This document shows positions 37,256 through 44,403 of a stretch of 44,703 nt of DNA, piece after piece. The position numbers and the translations under genes were made by a program. The notes under the pieces were generated by a model, which was given only the letters and a program-made list of their open reading frames with translations, was not told the origin of the DNA and ran no database searches. How positions within the stretch are numbered: position 1 is the stretch's first letter; every line of letters starts with the position of its first letter. Source of the stretch: Mycobacterium sp. (GTDB lineage Bacteria; Actinomycetota; Actinomycetes; Mycobacteriales; Mycobacteriaceae); the NCBI RefSeq assembly GCF_049802695.1, contig NZ_JBARMY010000049.1, forward strand, positions 1 through 44,703. The letters are read 5' to 3'.

Positions 37256-38385
37256 TGCGGCGCTTCCTTCCAGGCGTACACCCGCAGGTTGTGCTCGTCA
37301 GGAGTCCCGAACATCGACCGGTAGAGCGCGACCCGGCGCAGGTACAGGTGCAGGTCGTGTTCCCAGGTGACACCGATGCCGCCGTGCAGCTGCACACAGT
37401 CCTGCAGCAGTTCGCCGGATTTTTCCCCCACATAGGACTTGGCGATGCTGGCCGACAAGCCCGCCTGCGGCGAGCGGGCCCCGACGTCGGCCACCGCGGC
37501 AGCTGTCGTTGCGCGGCAGGCCTCGAGCCACATCAACATGTCGGCGAAGCGGTGTTTAAGCGCCTGGTAAGAGACCAGCGGTCGCCCGAATGTGTGCCGG
37601 TCGAACGCCCAACGGACGGTGAAGTCGAACACGGTCTGCATGATGCCGACCACCTCAGCGCACTGCAGCACCTGAGCGATTTGGCTTTGCCGGTCGATGA
37701 GCGCACCGGCCTGCCCCGCGCCCCCGACGGTGGCGGTCTGTTCAACCACCACCCCGTCGAAGTGAACCCGCGCGTAATGCTTGACGAAGTCGACCGAGTC
37801 CTGCGGCTCGACCCGAACTCCGGGTGCGTTCGTCGGCACCAGGAATTGGGCGACCTGCTCGTCGACGCGGGCGACCACCAGCAGGACGTCGCTCTGGGCG
37901 CCGGCTTCCACCCGATCCTTGACTCCGTCGATGCGATAGCCGGAGCCTGTCGGTGTGGCGGTCACCGACGGTTGCATCGGTGCCCAGCCCCGGCCAGGCT
38001 CATAGACCGCCCAGGACGCCACCGTCACACCGGACATCAGCGATTCGATGGTGCCGGCGTGCTGAGCGCGCTCGGCAGAGTCGACCAGTCCGGCCAGCAC
38101 AACGCTGACCGGGTACAGCGGTCCGGGTGCCACCGTCTTGCCGATCTGTTCGGCGACCGATGCCAGATCGGCCAGTCCGTCCTCGGACACGCTGCCGCCG
38201 CCCAGCTCCCCGGGCACCAGCAGTCCGGTCCAGCCGAGGTCGGCGGCGCGTTGCCACCAGGCGGAGTCGAAAGACACGCCCGACGCGTGCAGCTCCCGAA
38301 CCTTGCGCAGGGGTGTCTCTTTTTGCAGAAACGCATCGCTGGTGGAAGCGAAGAGGATCTTTTCGGGGGACTCGACGGCAGTCAT
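37252..38385 (-). CDS. Acyl-CoA dehydrogenase, beta subunit
   Basis: RHTFGRPLVSYQALKHRFAD, QLHGGIGVTWEHDLHLYLRR; ATGA overlap with the downstream gene. Confidence 0.92.
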   Translation of the reverse strand: MTAVESPEKILFASTSDAFLQKETPLRKVRELHASGVSFDSAWWQRAADLGWTGLLVPGELGGGSVSEDGLADLASVAEQIGKTVAPGPLYPVSVVLAGLVDSAERAQHAGTIESLMSGVTVASWAVYEPGRGWAPMQPSVTATPTGSGYRIDGVKDRVEAGAQSDVLLVVARVDEQVAQFLVPTNAPGVRVEPQDSVDFVKHYARVHFDGVVVEQTATVGGAGQAGALIDRQSQIAQVLQCAEVVGIMQTVFDFTVRWAFDRHTFGRPLVSYQALKHRFADMLMWLEACRATTAAAVADVGARSPQAGLSASIAKSYVGEKSGELLQDCVQLHGGIGVTWEHDLHLYLRRVALYRSMFGTPDEHNLRVYAWKEAPQ

Positions 38386-38401
38386 GATGCTGGCCCGATG
38401 G

Positions 38402-39577
38402 TCAGTCGAGATCTATGGCGGGACGTTCGCCGGGTAGCGCCGTGACGGTCGTCGGCAGCGCGTACAACGCGGTGGCATTGCCGCGCATGATCCGCTCCCG
38501 TTGATCGCGGGGAAACCGCTTGAGCGCGTACTCCGGCGAATCGTAGCTCCAGTGCGGATAGTCCGTTGAAAACATCAAGTTGTCGCCGAGATCCATCATT
38601 TCCAGGTACTCGCGGAATACGCCGACGTCGACGTCCTCGAGCGGCTGGGTGGTGAAGCGGACGTGTTCGCGGACGTAATCGGACGGACGTCGACGCACCA
38701 GCGGCAAGTCGCTGCGACGCGCCTCCCAGATCCGGTCCATCCGCGACATCACCGGCATCGCCCAGGTGAAACCGCCCTCGATGAAAACCACCCGCAGGTC
38801 GGGGTGCCGGTCGAACGCGCCGTCGAACACCAGGCTCATCAAGTGCGACACATACAGCAGTGGCCACGAGGCGAAGAAGTCGTGCCAGTGTGCCGGATTG
38901 CCCACCGGGTAGAGCGGAATCAGCTCGAACGGTGTCTGCCCCATCAGATGCGTGGCGACCGGGAAGCCGCTGCGCGACGCGGCCGCGTAAAGAGGATCGA
39001 AATGCGGGCTGCCGAACGGGATTCCACGGGTCTGCGGGGTCATCAGCACCTGAACCATGTCCGGATGCCCTGCCCAGCGGTCGACTTCGCGCGCAGCCTG
39101 CTCGGGCGTCTGGGCGCTCACGCTGATCGACCCGCGCCAGCGACCGTGCGCGTTGAACTTGTCGAGCCAGACGTCAGCCAGCCAGTCGTTGTAGGTCGAC
39201 TTCAGCACATGCTCGGCGTCGGGCAACTGCGCATCGCACATCGGCTCCAGCGTCGCAATGCCGACACCGGCGTCGACCAGTAACTGTTTCGCGGCGAAGT
39301 CCGGGTCGGTTCCGGCGAATCCGCCGCCCGGTGGCGTCGCGTCGACACGCAATGACATCGTCTGGTATGAATCCGGTGTGTCGTAGAAATGCGGGATCGG
39401 TGTCACCGCGTTGTGGTTGGGCCAGATCTTGTCCACCCACGCTGCGGGTGCATACGACTTCAGCACGTCGGCCGAGACGGGCATCGGGTGGACGTCGGTG
39501 TCGACGATGCTCACCGCCACCTGGTTTCGGCCGTCATCGAGCACGGGATGACTGTGAGTCCGTTCGATCGTGGTCAT
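38402..39577 (-). CDS. Amidohydrolase-fold protein with full metal-ligand set (probable catalytic subunit of a dimetal oxygenase)
   Basis: IVDTDVH, VATH, FIEGG, FSTDYPHWSYD, RFTTQP; ATG 39577 overlaps the upstream TGA. Confidence 0.88.
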   Translation of the reverse strand: MTTIERTHSHPVLDDGRNQVAVSIVDTDVHPMPVSADVLKSYAPAAWVDKIWPNHNAVTPIPHFYDTPDSYQTMSLRVDATPPGGGFAGTDPDFAAKQLLVDAGVGIATLEPMCDAQLPDAEHVLKSTYNDWLADVWLDKFNAHGRWRGSISVSAQTPEQAAREVDRWAGHPDMVQVLMTPQTRGIPFGSPHFDPLYAAASRSGFPVATHLMGQTPFELIPLYPVGNPAHWHDFFASWPLLYVSHLMSLVFDGAFDRHPDLRVVFIEGGFTWAMPVMSRMDRIWEARRSDLPLVRRRPSDYVREHVRFTTQPLEDVDVGVFREYLEMMDLGDNLMFSTDYPHWSYDSPEYALKRFPRDQRERIMRGNATALYALPTTVTALPGERPAIDLD

Positions 39578-40668
39578 GACACGCTGCTTTCTGTCGCCGG
39601 TACCGTCAGTCCGTAGAGTGCACTGGCATTGCGCCACAACACTTTTTCGCGTTGGCCGCCGTCAAGGCCGGTAGCCATCACCTCTGGCGACGACATGGAC
39701 CAGTGCGGATAGCTCGAACCGAACATCAGCAGGTCGGCCTTCGTGGTTCCGGGCGACGACGTGAAGTCCATCCAGCGTCGCATCTGGACAGGGTCGGTCG
39801 GCCCATCGAGCGCCGACGAGCAGAACCGTACATGCCGGCGCAGGTACTCGCTGGGATACCGGTTCACCCAGGGGGTTTGGTCGCGCATCGACAACCAGAA
39901 CGTGTCCAACCGCCACATCAGTGGGGTGAGGATGTCATATCCACCGTCGGCGAAGACGAACCTCAGATCGGGATGCCGGCCGAAGACGCCTTCGACGATC
40001 AGCGTGGCGAGATGCACGAAGTAATTCAGCGGCATGAAGGCCGCATACCCGGGATAGGTGTGCGCGTGCCCGGCGAATGTCGGTGGATAGTCGACGCCGT
40101 TGCCGCCATTGATGTGCACCGCCACCGGCAACCGGTGCGCGGCCGCCGCCTCCCAGATGGGCTCGAACAGCGGTTTGCCGTACGGCTCGCGGGATTGCAT
40201 CGGAACACCGACCTGAACCAGCTTCGGATGTGCGGCGAGCCGCTCGATCTCCGCGACCGCACCTCTGGGATCTTCCGGGTTGATGCGAATGGTGCCGCGG
40301 AATCGGTCGGTGGCATCGGGCTCCAACCACTGGTCGAGCTGCCAGTCGTTCACCGCAGCGCAGATTCTACTGTTGAGTAAGTAGTCGGCGATGTTGCCTC
40401 GAGTCAACGGATTGAGGATGGCGAAAGCCACGCCGGCGTCGTCGAATAGGTGGCGGGTGACGGTCTCGCGGTCAGAGCCGGGATAGTGGTCGCCGTAGAG
40501 GTCCTCGTGGTAGTCGCCGCCGGGCGCCTGGTACCACTGCCGCTCGACGTCGGGGATGGACCGCAGCTGATACGCGGCAGGGAGGTATTTCCGGATCTCG
40601 GCGTTGTTGCGGAAATGCGGTTGCACGCACGTGTCGATGACCGGGCCGGCCACAGCTGTGTCGCTCAT
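39574..40668 (-). CDS. Amidohydrolase-fold protein with degenerate metal ligands (probable partner subunit)
   Basis: VIDTCVQ, VAVH, FADGG, FGSSYPHWSMS; ATG 40668 overlaps the Rieske ferredoxin TGA. Confidence 0.86.
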   Translation of the reverse strand: MSDTAVAGPVIDTCVQPHFRNNAEIRKYLPAAYQLRSIPDVERQWYQAPGGDYHEDLYGDHYPGSDRETVTRHLFDDAGVAFAILNPLTRGNIADYLLNSRICAAVNDWQLDQWLEPDATDRFRGTIRINPEDPRGAVAEIERLAAHPKLVQVGVPMQSREPYGKPLFEPIWEAAAAHRLPVAVHINGGNGVDYPPTFAGHAHTYPGYAAFMPLNYFVHLATLIVEGVFGRHPDLRFVFADGGYDILTPLMWRLDTFWLSMRDQTPWVNRYPSEYLRRHVRFCSSALDGPTDPVQMRRWMDFTSSPGTTKADLLMFGSSYPHWSMSSPEVMATGLDGGQREKVLWRNASALYGLTVPATESSVS

Positions 40669-41024
40669 GCGCTCAGGTAAACCTCCCCATCGGCAACGTC
40701 GACTTGGTAGGTACGGACGCGCCGTCGCGGATCGGCGACATTCTGTCCGGTAGTGATGTCGAATTCCCAATTGTGCCAAGGGCACCGAACGACCTGACCC
40801 TCACGTGTACGGCGCACCCCGCCGGGCTGGCCCGAGTCGGGTTCGGTGGTTCCGCCGACGTGGCCCAGACACAACGGCGCCCCCTCATGCGAGCAGTAGT
40901 TGACAATGGCGTGCAGCGAGCCACCGATGTTGTACACACCGATACCGAACTGCCCCGCGTCCACGAGCTTCATTTCGCCCGGCGGCAGGTCATCGAGAAG
41001 GCACACGAATCTGCGCTCCGGCAT
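40665..41024 (-). CDS. Rieske [2Fe-2S] ferredoxin
   Basis: NYCSHEGAPL...RCPWHNWEFDITTG; 119 aa; AGGAGG RBS. Confidence 0.93.
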   Translation of the reverse strand: MPERRFVCLLDDLPPGEMKLVDAGQFGIGVYNIGGSLHAIVNYCSHEGAPLCLGHVGGTTEPDSGQPGGVRRTREGQVVRCPWHNWEFDITTGQNVADPRRRVRTYQVDVADGEVYLSA

Positions 41025-41094
41025 CGCTACCTCCTGCCACCGGTCTACGGGTCCATTGTCGCGGGCTTTCGGCCGCGCGGCTACTGCGATTGGG

Positions 41095-41120
41095 CTTACT
41101 TGCTATTTATATTATGATTA
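41095..41120 (+). promoter_or_regulatory. Cluster motif, copy 6
   Basis: CTTACTTG-CTATTTATA-TTATGATTA between the divergent Rieske ferredoxin and P450 genes. Confidence 0.6.
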
Positions 41121-41203
41121 CAAAGTTCAATTCCGGAACTCTGCTGAGGGGCATGCTGGCCAAGCCGGCGCGGGTGTCTCTCAGTTGATCAGGAGGGATG
41201 CTG

Positions 41204-42418
41204 GTGACGATCGGCGCCGACCCGCACAACCAATCCATCACCCTCGACGCGACTGGTGAAACCAGCCCCTACCCCTTCTTCGAATACAAGCGGCGCACCG
41301 AACCGGTCTTCCACGGGCCCCTGATGGACAACGAACTGTTGCCCCCGGCGCTGAAGCCGGACGACGAATGGGTTTTGTTCGGCTACGACGGAGTTTGTCA
41401 GGCCTTCCGCGACGACCGGGTCTTCACCTCGGCCGCTTATGACAAAACGATCGGTTTGGTCATGGGGCACACCATCTTGGCGATGGGCGGTAAAGAACAT
41501 CATGACCATCGCGGCCTGGTGGCCAAGGCTTTCCGCGCGAGCGCGCTGCAACGCTGGGAACCGTCGGTCATCGGCCCCATTTGCGACCAACTCGTCGACG
41601 AGTTCAAAAACGACGGGCACGCGGACCTGGTGAAGGCGCTGACGTTCGAGTTTCCGACCCGGATCATCGCCACCCTGCTGGGACTCCCCCGGGAGGATCT
41701 GGACTTGTTCCGACGGCTGTCGCTCGACCTGATCTCGATTCCCACTGACATCGTGGCGGGTCTCAACGCCGCTGCGGAGCTGCACGGCTACTTCCTCAAT
41801 CAGGTCGAGCAGCGGCGCCGGGAACGCACCAACGACATCATCGGCGATCTCGTCGCTGCCGAAATTGACGGACAGAAGCTGACCGACGACGCCATCATCG
41901 CGTTCCTGCGGCTGCTTCTGCCGGCCGGGTTGGAAACCACTTATCGCTCGTCGGGCAATCTGCTGTACCTTCTGCTGACTCACCCCGAGCAGTTGGCGAT
42001 GGTTTTGGCGGACCGGACACTCATCCCCGCCGCCATCGAAGAAGGTATCCGCTTCGAATCGCCGCTCACCATGGTGATGCGCAGCACCACCGAAGACGTC
42101 GAAGTCGGGGATCGCACCATTCCCGCCGGCGCTCAGGTCGACTTGTGCATCGGATCCGCCAACCGTGACGAAAGCCGTTGGGCCAACCCCAACGCCTTCG
42201 ACCTCCGCCGGCCACGTCAGGCGCACATCGCTTTCGCCGGCGGCATTCACATGTGCCTGGGCATGCATCTGGCCCGTCTGGAAACCCGGGTCATGCTGAA
42301 CAGTCTGCTCGACCGCGCCGCTAATCTGGCGCTGGTCCCGGACGAAGATGCACGGATCGTCGGGGTGACCTTCCGGTCGCCCAATAAACTACCGGTGACC
42401 TTCACACCGGCCGAGTGA
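41204..42418 (+). CDS. Cytochrome P450
   Basis: AGLETT, EEGIR, SANRD, heme motif FAGGIHMCLG. AGGAGG sits 7 nt before GTG 41204 (ATG 41198 is too close to the RBS). Confidence 0.96.
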   Translation: MTIGADPHNQSITLDATGETSPYPFFEYKRRTEPVFHGPLMDNELLPPALKPDDEWVLFGYDGVCQAFRDDRVFTSAAYDKTIGLVMGHTILAMGGKEHHDHRGLVAKAFRASALQRWEPSVIGPICDQLVDEFKNDGHADLVKALTFEFPTRIIATLLGLPREDLDLFRRLSLDLISIPTDIVAGLNAAAELHGYFLNQVEQRRRERTNDIIGDLVAAEIDGQKLTDDAIIAFLRLLLPAGLETTYRSSGNLLYLLLTHPEQLAMVLADRTLIPAAIEEGIRFESPLTMVMRSTTEDVEVGDRTIPAGAQVDLCIGSANRDESRWANPNAFDLRRPRQAHIAFAGGIHMCLGMHLARLETRVMLNSLLDRAANLALVPDEDARIVGVTFRSPNKLPVTFTPAE

Positions 42419-42428
42419 GGAGCCGGTC

Positions 42429-43586
42429 ATGAAGAGCCGGGGCGCGATCCTGCACGACGTCGGCGGCCCGTGGTCGGTAGAGGAATTCGAGCTCGACCCA
42501 CCGCGTGCCGGCGAAGTTCTGGTCGAATTGGCGGCCGCCGGGTTATGCCACAGCGACGACCACATCCTCAAGGGCGACATATCGGCACCGAACGAGGTGC
42601 TGCGGTCGATGGGCCTGCCCACGATGTTCCCGACCATCGGTGGGCACGAAGGTGCCGGCATCGTCCGTGAAGTCGGTGACGGTGTCACCGAGTTCGTGCC
42701 GGGTGACCATGTGGTGATGTCCTTCGTGGCCGTATGCGGCCAATGCCGTTGGTGCGCAACGGGGATGGAGTACCTTTGTGACGCCGGTATCGGCACCATG
42801 ACTCCGGGGATGCCGACCGACGGCACCTTCCGCCACCACACCGCCGGCGGCGAGCCGCTCGGACATATCTCGAAGATCGGCGCATTCGCCGAACACACCG
42901 TGGTGTCGGTCAATTCGCTGGTCAAAATCGATCCGCACCTGCCGCTGGTGCCGAGTGCGCTGCTGTCCTGCGCGATACCTACCGGCTACGGTTCGACGGC
43001 TATTCGGGCCGGCGTCCGGGGCGGCGACACCGTTGTCGTCGTCGGAGCGGGAGGGATCGGCACCGGCGCGATTCAGGGCGCCCGGATCAACGGTGCGGCG
43101 CAGATCGTGGCCGTCGATCCAGTGGAATTCAAGCAGAAGTCGGCCTTGCGGTTCGGCGCCACGCACGCCAGCGCGTCCGTGGCCGACGCATTAAATTTGG
43201 TCCGAGACCTGACCTACGGCGTGATGGCCGATGCCGTCGTCGTCTCGCCGTCACTGATCGGCTCCGAAGACGTCCGCGCCGCGCTGCGCCTGACCCGTAA
43301 AGGCGGCACCTGTGTGCTGACCGGCATGACCGCGCAGACAACCCGATCGATAAAATTCGATCTGCAGGATTTCATTCTGATGAATAAGACTCTAGCCGGT
43401 ACCGTCTTCGGCTCGTGCAACCCCAAGGCCGATATCACCCGACTCGCCAAGCTCTACCAAACCGGCCAGCTACTGCTCGACGAGATGATCACTCGGCGGT
43501 ATCAACTCGAGGACATCAACGATGCGTACGCCGACCTTCTCAACGGTGAGATCGTCCGAGGAGTCATCGATTTCGCCATCAGCTGA
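42429..43586 (+). CDS. Zn-dependent NDMA-type (nicotinoprotein, mycofactocin-associated) alcohol dehydrogenase
   Basis: GLCHSDDH, GHEGAG, structural Zn CGQCRWC...C, GAGGIG, VDPVEFK. Confidence 0.88.
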   Translation: MKSRGAILHDVGGPWSVEEFELDPPRAGEVLVELAAAGLCHSDDHILKGDISAPNEVLRSMGLPTMFPTIGGHEGAGIVREVGDGVTEFVPGDHVVMSFVAVCGQCRWCATGMEYLCDAGIGTMTPGMPTDGTFRHHTAGGEPLGHISKIGAFAEHTVVSVNSLVKIDPHLPLVPSALLSCAIPTGYGSTAIRAGVRGGDTVVVVGAGGIGTGAIQGARINGAAQIVAVDPVEFKQKSALRFGATHASASVADALNLVRDLTYGVMADAVVVSPSLIGSEDVRAALRLTRKGGTCVLTGMTAQTTRSIKFDLQDFILMNKTLAGTVFGSCNPKADITRLAKLYQTGQLLLDEMITRRYQLEDINDAYADLLNGEIVRGVIDFAIS

Positions 43587-44313
43587 CTGTCCGGCTCTGG
43601 TTCTCGTTCACGGCGGTGAGCACTCGGCGGACTGTTGGGAACCGACCGTTGTCGAATTACAGCGACAGGCGCCGCAATTGCGCGTGCTGGCCGTGGACAT
43701 GCCCGGTCACGGTGTCACCCGCGGTGACCTGACTGCGGTAACCATCGCCGACTGCGTGCAATCGGCGACGGACCAAATCGAGGCGGCCGGCCTCAGGGAC
43801 GTGGTCATTGTCGGTCACTCCCTGGCGGGCTTGACGGTGCCTGGCGTGGTGACCGCGCTGGGCTCCGGCCGGGTTCGCGAGATGATCTTGGCGGCGTCCT
43901 GTTTGCCGACGCAGGGCGAGGCGGTCGTCGATGCGCTGATCGGGCCGCTGGCCTGGTATGTGCGCCGAGCGGTCCGACTCAACAAGCCACCCAAGACAAC
44001 GCCGGATTGGCTGAGCGCCTTGCTGTTTTGCAACGGGATGTCGCGCGAGCAACGCCGACTCACGCTGTCGAGGATGCATGCGGAGGCCGCTACCATCATC
44101 ACCGAGCCGGTCGATCGCAGTGGCCTTCCGCAAGATGTTCCGCGAACGTGGATCTTGACGCTGCGCGACCACGCGCTGTTCCAGCGCGTCCAGTACCGCA
44201 GCATTGCAGCGCTTGGTGGTGTGCAGACGTTGATACCGATCGACACCTGCCACGATCTGATGATCAGCGAACCTCGCCTGCTTGCCGAGTTGCTCATCGA
44301 ACGTTGCCGTTGA
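43522..44313 (+). CDS. Alpha/beta hydrolase (esterase-like)
   Basis: VLVHGG.H...CW, DMPGHG, nucleophile GHSLAG, RD, C-terminal CHD. The start is uncertain: ATG 43522 has a GAGGA RBS but overlaps the ADH gene by 65 nt. Confidence 0.88.
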   Translation: MRTPTFSTVRSSEESSISPSADCPALVLVHGGEHSADCWEPTVVELQRQAPQLRVLAVDMPGHGVTRGDLTAVTIADCVQSATDQIEAAGLRDVVIVGHSLAGLTVPGVVTALGSGRVREMILAASCLPTQGEAVVDALIGPLAWYVRRAVRLNKPPKTTPDWLSALLFCNGMSREQRRLTLSRMHAEAATIITEPVDRSGLPQDVPRTWILTLRDHALFQRVQYRSIAALGGVQTLIPIDTCHDLMISEPRLLAELLIERCR

Positions 44314-44374
44314 CTGACCGCAGACCGCCGCTCTCGCTCGAATCACTTGTGTCACATCGGTTTCAGGGGTTTTT

Positions 44375-44396
44375 TGTCGGTGGTCGCCGATAACAT
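44375..44396 (+). promoter_or_regulatory. PafBC / RecA-independent DNA-damage promoter (RecA-NDp)
   Basis: TGTCGG-N10-TAACAT matches the TGTCGG-N10-TANNNT consensus exactly; the ATG follows 7 nt later (leaderless). Confidence 0.8.
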
Positions 44397-44403
44397 TTCG
44401 GGT

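Noticed and set aside
4622..44313. Canonical cholesterol (KstR/KstR2) degradation cluster
   Set aside because: No kstD, hsa, ipd, ltp or mce4 genes are present, and I saw no KstR-type TnnAACnnGTTnnA box in the intergenic regions.
4622..44313. Secondary-metabolite biosynthetic cluster
   Set aside because: No PKS, NRPS, carrier protein, terpene cyclase or exporter is present; gene content is catabolic in type. A tailoring-only role cannot be fully excluded.
44337..44357. Possible LexA SOS box upstream of DUF222 (TCGAATCACTTGTG)
   Set aside because: It does not fit TCGAAC-N4-GTTCGA; only part of a half-site is present.
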